A stretch of 64,000 bases of DNA from a virus (lineage: Duplodnaviria; Heunggongvirae; Uroviricota; Caudoviricetes), in IMG/VR virus record IMGVR_UViG_3300021962_009794; one strand, given 5' to 3'. The position numbers and the translations under genes are program-made. Below, piece by piece: positions 28,177 through 37,424 of this stretch. Position 1 is the first letter of the stretch. Each line of letters starts with the position of its first letter. The notes below the pieces were generated by a model. That model was not told the origin of the DNA. It saw only the letters and a program-made list of their open reading frames with translations, and ran no database searches.

Positions 28177-28836
28177 ATGCCAACTTTAATTTTTATATCA
28201 GATACACACACCAAACATTACGAAATAGATAAACAGCTTAGGGAGATCTCCGAAAATCACCCCGATGCTATATTGGTTCATTCTGGTGATATTTCTTACA
28301 GAGGGAGAATTTGGGAAGTTGAGGAATTCGTAGAGTGGTACGCATCTTTACCTTTTAAAAATAAAATCATGATTGCTGGTAATCATGATTTTTTGTTTGA
28401 GAAAGAAAGCGAAAAAGCTTCAGAAATATTAGAAAGGCTAGGTCAAGGTATAATCTATTTAAACGACAGCGGAATAGAAGTTGAGGGGTTGAATTTTTGG
28501 GGAAGTCCAGTAACTCCCTGGTTCCACGACTGGGCATTTAATAGGTTTGATAAGGAGATCGGATACCACTGGAACCTCATCCCCGAAAATACCAATGTTC
28601 TAATTACCCATGGTCCTCCACATTTAACTCTGGATAGCACAAAAAGTGGTTTAAGAGTTGGCTGTCCAATACTAGCAGAAAAAATATCAAAACTCTCCAA
28701 TCTCAAGATCCATGTTTTTGGACATATACATGAGGCTGCGGGAATAGTAGAAAAGAACGGGGTAATCTACGTAAATGCGAGTACCCTGGATCTATATTAC
28801 GACGTTAAAAATTCACCGATAATTTTAAGTATCTGA
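28177..28836 (+). CDS. calcineurin-like metallophosphoesterase (MPPED2/239FB-like)
   Basis: ISDTH, HSGD, AGNHD, ITHGPP and FGHIHE motifs. Confidence 0.9.
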   Translation: MPTLIFISDTHTKHYEIDKQLREISENHPDAILVHSGDISYRGRIWEVEEFVEWYASLPFKNKIMIAGNHDFLFEKESEKASEILERLGQGIIYLNDSGIEVEGLNFWGSPVTPWFHDWAFNRFDKEIGYHWNLIPENTNVLITHGPPHLTLDSTKSGLRVGCPILAEKISKLSNLKIHVFGHIHEAAGIVEKNGVIYVNASTLDLYYDVKNSPIILSI

Positions 28837-28882
28837 TGAAATTTATTCAGCTGTTTATTCTAGAACTTTATATACTAAAAAG

Positions 28883-29668
28883 ATGGGAGGCATAAAAACT
28901 TTTTTTAAACCAAGTGAAGCTATTAAATGGTCTAAGGAGGAACTATTCCATCATGGCTACGTTGTTAAAACAGAAAGATGGCAGGGTATAGAATCCCCTG
29001 ATGATATGTGGGAAACGATGAATCATTCTTTCCAGTTTTTTATGCCCCACACTATAGAAGACCTAGTAGCCGAGATCGTACCAAATCTTCCTTGGGCAGA
29101 TGAGCATTTTGAGGAGAGGGTTGGCGGACAACCCTTAAATCCACCGCCTTCCCATGTTAGATGGCCTTTTGCTCAGAAGAACAACGCTCAGTTTGGTGGA
29201 CACGATAAGTTCTCTCATACTTACCCAGAAAGGATCTGGCCGAGATATGCTTCGTCAGAGCCCAATACTGTATTATCAGGAATCAGATATGAATATGGCG
29301 ATTTTGGGGATGTTCTAGATCTTATGGAAAGGGAACCGTTCACCAGACAAGCTTTTTTACCAATCTGGTTTCCCGAGGATACGGGAACCGTTCACAGGGA
29401 ACGAGTACCTTGCACTTTGGGATATCAATTTATCAGGAGGGGTAACCATATGCACATGACTTACTACATAAGGTCTTGTGATTACATTAGACACTTCAGA
29501 GATGACATCTATATGGCTTGCAGAAAACTTATGTGGCTTCTAGATAACCTAAAACAAAGGGATCCGGAAAGGTGGTCCGATGTTACCCCCGGGTATTTTG
29601 TAATGCACATAACTTCGTTGCATTGCTTCAATAGCGAAAAAGGCATATTAAAGCAATCCAATATGTAA
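28883..29668 (+). CDS. thymidylate-synthase-family paralog, probable dCMP hydroxymethylase/modifier
   Basis: RQAFLPIW, catalytic VPCT, RSCDYIRHFRDDIY with Asp at the position of E. coli TS Asn177, final SLH. Confidence 0.75.
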   Translation: MGGIKTFFKPSEAIKWSKEELFHHGYVVKTERWQGIESPDDMWETMNHSFQFFMPHTIEDLVAEIVPNLPWADEHFEERVGGQPLNPPPSHVRWPFAQKNNAQFGGHDKFSHTYPERIWPRYASSEPNTVLSGIRYEYGDFGDVLDLMEREPFTRQAFLPIWFPEDTGTVHRERVPCTLGYQFIRRGNHMHMTYYIRSCDYIRHFRDDIYMACRKLMWLLDNLKQRDPERWSDVTPGYFVMHITSLHCFNSEKGILKQSNM

Positions 29669-29687
29669 AAATAACCAACCAACAACA

Positions 29688-29867
29688 ATGACTAATGAAG
29701 AATTACAAGAAAAAGAAAATCACGAGAATCTAAAAAATCTAATTATACAGATCGTTAGAGAAACCCCAAACGATATGCACTTAGGTACAAAGATCCGTTT
29801 TTTCGCCGAATCATTGAAAAATGATGTAATTTTAAGTCCAGAGCAACTAGAAAGAAAAACAATCTAA
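29688..29867 (+). CDS. 59-aa hypothetical protein (not in ORF track)
   Basis: MTNEELQEKENHENLKNLIIQIVRETPNDMHLGTKIRFF...; fills the gap exactly. Confidence 0.65.
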   Translation: MTNEELQEKENHENLKNLIIQIVRETPNDMHLGTKIRFFAESLKNDVILSPEQLERKTI

Positions 29868-29868
29868 T

Positions 29869-30153
29869 ATGGAGAGCAAAGAAGTCAAAAAATCAGAATT
29901 AATACCATTTAAGGCGCCAAGCCCAGAGATGCTCAAGTACTACGAATCTCTCTATGAAAGAAATCAAACTAAATGGATTAGGAGGTCCTCACTAGAGGTT
30001 GAACACCTAGGAGCTGAATTTGAATTTGAGGGAAAGAACCTTAAACTCATGGGGACAATTGATCCTGTTTTAATGTTAGTTAAGGACTCTGATGATAAGT
30101 ACTATAGAATGAACTGTAACGCTATATCCGAGTTAGTTATAGGAAAAAGATAA
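29869..30153 (+). CDS. hypothetical protein
   Basis: 94-aa ORF. Confidence 0.6.
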   Translation: MESKEVKKSELIPFKAPSPEMLKYYESLYERNQTKWIRRSSLEVEHLGAEFEFEGKNLKLMGTIDPVLMLVKDSDDKYYRMNCNAISELVIGKR

Positions 30154-30163
30154 ACCAACCAAG

Positions 30164-30388
30164 TTGCTAGAGTTCTACGTAAAATCACAGGATCCAAAAT
30201 CTCATATAGAAGCTTGTTCCCTCATAAACTACTTCCATTGCGAGATCCTCACAGACAGAATCTGTGAGAGGGACGAGCCTTTTTATGGTGTATTTTACAT
30301 CAGAGCCACCGAAGAAGCGTTTGAGGTTTTCACTGAATTTTCTGACGGAATAACCCTAGAATACCCCCCAGGAAAAACTCTAAGATAA
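30164..30388 (+). CDS. hypothetical protein
   Basis: 74-aa ORF with TTG start. Confidence 0.45.
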   Translation: MLEFYVKSQDPKSHIEACSLINYFHCEILTDRICERDEPFYGVFYIRATEEAFEVFTEFSDGITLEYPPGKTLR

Positions 30389-30472
30389 ATCCAGAATCCT
30401 TTGGATATCCAAATTCACCCGGATATATAAGCAGTTATCTTTTGGAAATTGGGCAAAATTAACCAAAAGACA

Positions 30473-30859
30473 ATGGAAGAAAAAGACATAACAAGCACGT
30501 TTTTGATGAAACAGATTTTGGATGAACTGAATCATCTTAAGTCCAACATGCCTAACGGTGAGTTAAAGCATCTGCAGACTAGCCTGGAGGATCTAAAAAA
30601 GGACCAAAGATCGATGAAGGATGACATATCGGATATGAAGAAAAAACTCTTAGATCCAGAGTCTGGTGTTATCGTTAAAGTTAACGAAAACACAAAATTC
30701 AGATTGGCGGAGGAAAATAGATACGAGGATTACATGAAGGTTAACATCGACGTGGATTCTTTGAAGAAATGGCAGAGTGGGGTTAATAAAGCACTTTGGA
30801 TAATTTTTGGAGCCATATTAGCTATTGCTTTAAAAGTTATTTTTGGAGTAGCTCCTTAA
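30473..30859 (+). CDS. coiled-coil protein with C-terminal transmembrane helix (XhlA/holin-like)
   Basis: Heptad region then ALWIIFGAILAIALKVIFG; GATATATA at 30422-30429. Confidence 0.6.
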   Translation: MEEKDITSTFLMKQILDELNHLKSNMPNGELKHLQTSLEDLKKDQRSMKDDISDMKKKLLDPESGVIVKVNENTKFRLAEENRYEDYMKVNIDVDSLKKWQSGVNKALWIIFGAILAIALKVIFGVAP

Positions 30860-30881
30860 TATAAATCTGCATACACTGAAG

Positions 30882-30914
30882 ACCTCATGTTAATATATAG
30901 CATGAGGTTTTTTT
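30882..30914 (+). terminator. intrinsic terminator whose loop contains AATATATA
   Basis: ACCTCATG-TTAATATATAG-CATGAGGT followed by T-tract. Confidence 0.7.
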
Positions 30915-31178
30915 ATGGACCCAAGAAACCTAGTTATGATTTTATGCTACAAATCCAAAATAGGAAATAAAAAAGATCACCACCTTGTGAAGGAGAATGA
31001 GAAGGACATATATAATGACAACATCCTAGTTTATTCATCGATAGTTAGAGAAAAAATTAAAGATAAAGGAATAATACTAGAGTGCATAAAAATGCTTGAA
31101 TATTTTGAGGACTACGAAAAATGTGAGCACCTTCTCAGAATAATAAACGAAATAGATAATTCAAAAACATCTCAATAA
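30915..31178 (+). CDS. hypothetical protein with UVR-like motif (EYFEDYEKCEHL)
   Basis: 87-aa ORF. Confidence 0.65.
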   Translation: MDPRNLVMILCYKSKIGNKKDHHLVKENEKDIYNDNILVYSSIVREKIKDKGIILECIKMLEYFEDYEKCEHLLRIINEIDNSKTSQ

Positions 31179-31179
31179 A

Positions 31180-31458
31180 TTGGAAAAGAAAATAGATAGA
31201 AGGGTATTTGAGAATGCCATAGACACTATGAAGAAGTATGGTGTGAATAGCATATTGTTATCCAAGATCTATCCTAAGAGAGAAGTGATTAAAAAATCAC
31301 TACTTACCTACTATGAATCAACGGAGGAGTTCGAGAAGTGTAAATACATACAGGACTTTTTTGATGAGCTTGAAAGCGAAGCAAAAGAGTCTAAAATATA
31401 CGAAGATATAGTTGGCGCAACTGGTGAAATGTTCTCAGATAAAGCCTATAATTTTTAA
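31180..31458 (+). CDS. hypothetical protein with UVR-like motif (YYESTEEFEKCKYI)
   Basis: 92-aa ORF with TTG start. Confidence 0.65.
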   Translation: MEKKIDRRVFENAIDTMKKYGVNSILLSKIYPKREVIKKSLLTYYESTEEFEKCKYIQDFFDELESEAKESKIYEDIVGATGEMFSDKAYNF

Positions 31459-31539
31459 AACCCAATTATTCCGATTATATAAATTGAAACCTTTATTATA
31501 ATAGGGGATATAACATCGGAATAACCTTAACACTTGCTA

Positions 31540-33096
31540 ATGAAGTTCGAAGAATTAAGCGACGAGCAAATATCTAAAATGTCAGATATTTATTGGAATA
31601 GAGATTTGACATGGGATCAGAGAATGAAAAGTTTAAGTGATCTAATTGGAAAATCAGAAAGAACAATTCAGAAATGGATTTCCAAACTTGGAATAACAGA
31701 AAAAGCCCTAACAGAATCCCCTCAATACATAAGAGCCAAAGAAAGAAAATTTGATAAGAAAAAGAAAAGATTCATTATCACTTGGGCTCAGAATGACACT
31801 CCAGTTCACGAGGATTTCGTTGTGAACATGGAAGCTTACGCTAGAGAAATAGATGCAGACATTCACGTCATCGCAGGAAGATATAAAAATCCAACATCGG
31901 TTTTCGCTGACAAGAGTTACGATACTTGGCCGGATAGGATCGCAGGGTATCTTGATGCTAATCGTCACGAAGTTCATAAGCACATGTGGATCATGTCAGA
32001 CGTTAAGATCCAACCCACCGCAGTAGATCCCATGACTGGATTACAGGGGATGAGCGGAATCAATTCTTGCGTGTTCGGATCACCTAAAGTTCACATGGAA
32101 ACAATTCCAGTTCTTGAAGGAAATCTACCTAAGATGATGATGACAACCGGAGCATGTACTCTTAAAAATTACACGGATTCTAAGTCAGGTAAAAAAGGAG
32201 AATTCCACCACACATTAGGATTTGTTGTCGTGGAGATCAAAGATTCAAATACATTCTTTGCTAGACAGGTCACAGCTACAGACGATGGAGATTTTTGCGA
32301 TCTTTACTACAAAGTTGAGGATGGCGAAGTTTCCAAAATCAATTCGGTAGCAGCTGCCATACTCGGGGATCTGCACTATGGGCAGCATGACGAAAGAGTT
32401 ATTTCCAAAACTCTTGAGCTGTTTAAGAATCTAAAACCAGATAACGTAGTTCTTCATGACGTATTTGATGGTCTATCTATAAACCACCACGAATCGAAAG
32501 ATCCATTCATTCAGTATCAAAGGGAAATGGATGGAAGTAATTCTCTTAGAAGCGAAGTTGATTCTATGCTTAGTGGATTAAAGAGTTTTGAAGATTATAA
32601 CGTGGTAATAGTCAGAAGTAACCACGACGACTTTTTAGATCGATGGCTGAAAGGAACGGATTGGAGAAAAGCTACCACTATGAAAAATTCCATCGAGTAC
32701 ATGGAATACAGTGCATTGCTTCTTAAAGGTCAGGCACCAAACGGGGTTATTCCATATTTAATAAACGAGAAATATCCTAAATACAGAACTCTCGGAAGAA
32801 GTGACAGCTTTGTTATTAATGGCTGGGAATTGGGACAACACGGAGACGTTGGATCAAACGGATCTAGAGGATCTTTATTACAATTCAGAAAGCTAAATAC
32901 AAAAATAGTAGTTGGACACTACCATTCGCCAGGAAGAAAGGACGGAGCGCTTGCTGTTGGAACTTCAACTAAGCTAAGGGTTAATTATAATATTGGACCA
33001 AGCGGATGGCTACAATCTCATGTACTGATTCACCATGATGCGAAGGCTCAACACATCAATTTTATCAAGGGCGAATTCACCACACTTAAACCATAA
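31540..33096 (+). CDS. T5 A1-like protein (N-terminal HTH + metallophosphoesterase/nuclease domain)
   Basis: HTH-like SDLIGKSERTIQKWISK; RFIITWAQNDTPVH; GDLHYG, LHDVFDG, SNHDDF, GQHGD, GHYHSP. Confidence 0.65.
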   Translation: MKFEELSDEQISKMSDIYWNRDLTWDQRMKSLSDLIGKSERTIQKWISKLGITEKALTESPQYIRAKERKFDKKKKRFIITWAQNDTPVHEDFVVNMEAYAREIDADIHVIAGRYKNPTSVFADKSYDTWPDRIAGYLDANRHEVHKHMWIMSDVKIQPTAVDPMTGLQGMSGINSCVFGSPKVHMETIPVLEGNLPKMMMTTGACTLKNYTDSKSGKKGEFHHTLGFVVVEIKDSNTFFARQVTATDDGDFCDLYYKVEDGEVSKINSVAAAILGDLHYGQHDERVISKTLELFKNLKPDNVVLHDVFDGLSINHHESKDPFIQYQREMDGSNSLRSEVDSMLSGLKSFEDYNVVIVRSNHDDFLDRWLKGTDWRKATTMKNSIEYMEYSALLLKGQAPNGVIPYLINEKYPKYRTLGRSDSFVINGWELGQHGDVGSNGSRGSLLQFRKLNTKIVVGHYHSPGRKDGALAVGTSTKLRVNYNIGPSGWLQSHVLIHHDAKAQHINFIKGEFTTLKP

Positions 33097-33097
33097 T

Positions 33098-33676
33098 ATG
33101 TTAGACACATCAAAGTATGAATTTATTGCAGGAGTAGACGAGGTGGGAAGAGGTTGTTTGAGCGGACCCGTTGTTGCAGCAGTAGTTATTCTCCCTAAGG
33201 GTTTCTCAGATTCGAGAATCAAAGATAGCAAAGCTATAAAGAGTCTTAAGAAAAGAGAGGAAGTAGAAGCATTAATAAAGGAAAATGCTATAGCATGGGG
33301 AATAGGCGCAGCATCTCCTCAGGAGATAGATCAGATTAATATTTTGCAGGCAACTTTTTTAGCGATGAAAAGAGCTATAGATTCTTGTAAGATTGAACCT
33401 GATTTTCTCTATGTTGATGGCGATAAATTTCCGGGACATAAAAACATACCTTATGAATGCGTGATAAAGGGAGATTCTAAAGTTCCTTGCATTTCTGCAG
33501 CATCAATACTAGCTAAAGTTCATAGAGACAGATTGATGAAATCAATAAGCCAAGAATTCTCTCACTATCTATGGGAGAAGAATGTTGGATATGGAACTCC
33601 AGATCATATCTCAGCAATAAGAGAAAGAGGAATAACCAAACATCACAGAAAAACTTTTTGCCAAAACTTTATATAA
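33098..33676 (+). CDS. rnhB: ribonuclease HII
   Basis: GVDEVGRG, DSK, YVDG, KGDS...ISAASILAKV.RD, GYGT. ATG start at 33098. Confidence 0.95.
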   Translation: MLDTSKYEFIAGVDEVGRGCLSGPVVAAVVILPKGFSDSRIKDSKAIKSLKKREEVEALIKENAIAWGIGAASPQEIDQINILQATFLAMKRAIDSCKIEPDFLYVDGDKFPGHKNIPYECVIKGDSKVPCISAASILAKVHRDRLMKSISQEFSHYLWEKNVGYGTPDHISAIRERGITKHHRKTFCQNFI

Positions 33677-33677
33677 A

Positions 33678-33962
33678 ATGGAAAATAATGATTCTTTAAT
33701 GAAAGGGACTCCTGCTAAGATAGCAGATCCTAACGAACGATTCGAAGATGCAGAGTGGGTTTTTCAATTCGATGACGAAGAACCGATAGTATTTGCCTGG
33801 AGCGACAGCTCAGGAGAACCCGGGGATGTCACGATCACATTAAAACCTAACAAATCTAGTAGAATAACTTTCACCAGCATAAATGGACTGAAAGTTCTAA
33901 GCCTTTACTCCAGACCTATTACCGAGGAGACTAAAAAAATGAGAGCAGGTCAACTAAAATAA
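33678..33962 (+). CDS. hypothetical protein
   Basis: 94-aa ORF. Confidence 0.6.
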   Translation: MENNDSLMKGTPAKIADPNERFEDAEWVFQFDDEEPIVFAWSDSSGEPGDVTITLKPNKSSRITFTSINGLKVLSLYSRPITEETKKMRAGQLK

Positions 33963-33996
33963 AAAAGTTGTATGGTTATATACAACTAAAAAACAA

Positions 33997-34458
33997 ATGC
34001 AGAACTATATCTTAAATGCTGAATTAATATCCAATAGAAAATTTACCTCTGAGGAGATAGCGGATATTAAGCTTAAGATGGAACTAGTAGAAGATTCTAT
34101 CTTGATATACAATATCTTTATAGATTGCATGGAAACCAATTTTAATGGGTGCCTGGAAATCTATGTTGAAGATCTAGAATTAGAAAGCGATCTTCAGAAC
34201 GATTTAGAAAAAATCGTAAAAGAACTTGATTCGATTATACCTGGAGGATTATCAAACGATTCTAAAATAGAATGGGCTTCTACTCTACCTTCTATAAACA
34301 CTGTTTGGTATAAAGACAATAATAATTGGGTAGAAAGAGTTACCGAAGTTGAAAGAGAATTTTTTGATGAATCCGAATGGGAAGATGATGATTATGACAA
34401 TTCTTTCGGTGGCTATAATGACTATGCAAATGGTCAAGAAGGAGATGATTTCTGGTAA
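33997..34458 (+). CDS. acidic hypothetical protein
   Basis: 153-aa ORF with D/E-rich tail. Confidence 0.65.
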   Translation: MQNYILNAELISNRKFTSEEIADIKLKMELVEDSILIYNIFIDCMETNFNGCLEIYVEDLELESDLQNDLEKIVKELDSIIPGGLSNDSKIEWASTLPSINTVWYKDNNNWVERVTEVEREFFDESEWEDDDYDNSFGGYNDYANGQEGDDFW

Positions 34459-34585
34459 TTTTACCGGTGATTATATATAAAACGTATTGAAGGGTGCCTT
34501 ACGTACTTAGTGTCCCGGGTCAGCAATGGCCTTAGAGTTGTTAGCAATAGCAGCAATGGGATTTTAAAAAAAAGAAAAAGGTAAA

Positions 34586-35407
34586 ATGAAAAACAACACA
34601 ATCGGGGTACACAGTACTCCAAAACCACAAGCTTGGGTAGCCGTATCCAACAACAGACAAAAAATCTACGGCGCAAAGGATGATCTAGTTTATCTAGACA
34701 ATGGACAAGAGTTTCAGATCGAGCTCTACAATCCAACATCAGAATCCTATCTAGCTAAAATCTATCTTAACAACAAGTTGATCAGCAGTTCTGGTTTAAT
34801 TATTAAACCTGGGCAAAGATACTTCTTGGATCGTTACATTGACGAGAAGAAGAAATTCTTATTTTCTTCTTATGTTGTTGAAGATACAGCAGAGTCTAGA
34901 GAGGCAATCAAAAACAACGGTAAGGTAAAGGTCGAGTTCTATCCGGAGCACACCAGCTACAGCTGGAGTCCAATTTCAACTGGAACAGTCTATGTTCCTT
35001 ACAATCAAACATGGACGACAAATCCAACCTGGACGACCACTCCAGGAAATCCTGTTATTTTCGGGGGTACAACAACTAACGAAGTTTATCTATCTAGCAC
35101 GTCAAACATAGGAGGCAATGCTTCCTATACATCAGGATCTGGTATTTCCTTTACAAATTGCTCAGCCGCGGGTTCGCTAGAAACGGGAAGAGTAGAGAAA
35201 GGCGGAAAATCGGACCAAAGTTTCGGTCAGGACTCTGGTAGTTACTCTTGGTATTGCAGCTACACGTCAGAATACCAAATCCTACCAAGATCAGTTAAAC
35301 CAGTAGAGGTTACTGAACTTAGGGAATACTGCACTGGTTGTGGAACCAGAGCAAAGAAAAAAAGCTGGAAATTTTGCCCTAACTGTGGCGAATCTCTAGA
35401 TCAATAA
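34586..35407 (+). CDS. hypothetical protein with C-terminal zinc ribbon
   Basis: Beta-rich N-terminal domain, S/T/G linker, CTGCG...FCPNCG. Confidence 0.75.
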   Translation: MKNNTIGVHSTPKPQAWVAVSNNRQKIYGAKDDLVYLDNGQEFQIELYNPTSESYLAKIYLNNKLISSSGLIIKPGQRYFLDRYIDEKKKFLFSSYVVEDTAESREAIKNNGKVKVEFYPEHTSYSWSPISTGTVYVPYNQTWTTNPTWTTTPGNPVIFGGTTTNEVYLSSTSNIGGNASYTSGSGISFTNCSAAGSLETGRVEKGGKSDQSFGQDSGSYSWYCSYTSEYQILPRSVKPVEVTELREYCTGCGTRAKKKSWKFCPNCGESLDQ

Positions 35408-35489
35408 ATTTCGTACAAAGGCACCCATTCAATACTTTTTAAACGAAATTTTATTCTATCTTTGCAGTAGAACCTATAAACACAAAACA

Positions 35490-37424
35490 TTGAGAGTTTT
35501 TTATATTGTACCGTATTTGTCTACCGGTGGAATGCCGGAGTATCTAAAGAACAAAATAGACAAGATTAAGAATGATGCAGAGGTTTGGGTTTTTGAAAAA
35601 ACCCACGAGAAGACATATAATACAATCAGGAAGAGAATTGAATCTATTATAGGACAGGAAAGAATAGTTGTCTGGGGAGAAAAACCAGAAGACATTCTAA
35701 TAAAGTCTATAAGAGAAATGAAGCCTGATGTTATACACTTCGAGGAACCATGTGAGCAATTTCTCAGCAAGCATCTGCTTGAATTAATATTCACTGAGGA
35801 TAGGGAGTATAAGATATTTGAAACCATGCACGATTCATCTGTTTCTTCTAAGGAAAAGATATACCTTCCAGATAAGTTTATAGTTGTTAGCCCGTGGCAG
35901 GTTAATCTTCTAAGGGATCTTAATGTTCCCATAGAAGTGGTTGAACACGAGATATCACAAAAACCAACCAGAGAATATAACCAAAGCAGAGAAAAATTGG
36001 GATTAGATCCCAATAAAAAACACGTGGTTCAGATAGGTATATTTACGCCTAGAAAGAATCAAAAGGAAACAGCTGAGTTAGCAAGAATCCTACCTGAGAT
36101 TGATTTTCACTTCGTGGGTACTTTAGCAGATAACTTTAAATGGTATTGGGAGCCAATCATCTCAAATCTTCCGTCTAATTGTAAAGTGTGGGGTGAAAGA
36201 GATGATGTGGATTTATTTTATCAAGGTGCAGACCTTATTATATTTCCATCAATCCCTCTTTTTAATGACAAGGAAACTAGTCCATTAGTTATTAAGGAAG
36301 CAATATCGTGGAAATCTCCACTACTGCTAAGAAATCTCCCCGTCTATGTTGACATGTACCAGGAATCTGAACATTTAAAATTCTTTGCGAGTGATTCAAA
36401 AGACGAGATAGCAAATCAAATTAGAACTATTCTATGTTCAATACCAAACGAAAAAACAACCAATAAAAAAAACATGTTTATACACAGATTTACACCAAGC
36501 GAAAATAAGATTGATATAGTTTACATAGGTGACAATGACAATTTAGAATTCTTACACTGTGACGTCAGAATAAAAGATATCGATACCGGTGCTACCATTT
36601 ATGAATGTCCGATAGGATTTACTCTCGGAAATTCATATTGGGTGATTCCTATTCCTATCCACATTTACGATTTCCAGAACAATCCCAATTTCGGTGGATT
36701 CCGTATAGAGTATAGACAAGGTGAATCGGTTATACATACATCCGAATTAAGACTACGAAATGTCAGCAAGAAAATTTGTAGACTAGATACTAAAGATCCC
36801 ATATTCAGAAACTATGAAGAGTTCTTTACTGATAGAATATACGATCCAATGACAGATAGCATATTTAGAAAAAAGGTTGCTATTGATGTTGGAGCTAACG
36901 TTGGATTATTTACTGAATATTGTTTAGACACCGGATTCGAAAAAGTTATTTCGATAGAACCAAATCCTCTTGCAGCTAACGAATTTAGAAAAATGCACTC
37001 TGATAATCCAAATGTAACTCTTCATGAAATGGCTTTGACCGGAGATGGGGTGGACGTTAATCTTAGTGTAAATCCAGGAAACACACTTGTTTCCAGCATA
37101 TCCAAATCAATAAGCGACAACACAGTTACTGTTAAATCTGAAACTTTGGATTCGCTTATAGAAAGAGTTGGTGAGGTTGATCTACTAAAGATTGATATAG
37201 AAGGAGCAGAGTATGATCTGATAGCAAAGACTTCGGAGGAAACCCTAAAGAAAGCTTCCAACATAATTTTAGAATTCCATGACAACCCGGACGGAAAAGT
37301 TCTTGCAATTCTCAAAAAACTGGAATCTGCTGGATTTACATACCAGATGCACGACGAGTCAATAAAAAGACTTGTTGATGCTTTTGAAGATCATGGTGTA
37401 ATATTTGCTAAAAAAATTAGATAA
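35490..37424 (+). CDS. GT4 (GT-B) glycosyltransferase fused to a FkbM-family methyltransferase
   Basis: PYLSTGGMPEY, RKNQK, E..PLVIKEA; C-terminal IDVGANVGLF, SIEPNP, LLKIDIEGAE. Confidence 0.88.
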   Translation: MRVFYIVPYLSTGGMPEYLKNKIDKIKNDAEVWVFEKTHEKTYNTIRKRIESIIGQERIVVWGEKPEDILIKSIREMKPDVIHFEEPCEQFLSKHLLELIFTEDREYKIFETMHDSSVSSKEKIYLPDKFIVVSPWQVNLLRDLNVPIEVVEHEISQKPTREYNQSREKLGLDPNKKHVVQIGIFTPRKNQKETAELARILPEIDFHFVGTLADNFKWYWEPIISNLPSNCKVWGERDDVDLFYQGADLIIFPSIPLFNDKETSPLVIKEAISWKSPLLLRNLPVYVDMYQESEHLKFFASDSKDEIANQIRTILCSIPNEKTTNKKNMFIHRFTPSENKIDIVYIGDNDNLEFLHCDVRIKDIDTGATIYECPIGFTLGNSYWVIPIPIHIYDFQNNPNFGGFRIEYRQGESVIHTSELRLRNVSKKICRLDTKDPIFRNYEEFFTDRIYDPMTDSIFRKKVAIDVGANVGLFTEYCLDTGFEKVISIEPNPLAANEFRKMHSDNPNVTLHEMALTGDGVDVNLSVNPGNTLVSSISKSISDNTVTVKSETLDSLIERVGEVDLLKIDIEGAEYDLIAKTSEETLKKASNIILEFHDNPDGKVLAILKKLESAGFTYQMHDESIKRLVDAFEDHGVIFAKKIR

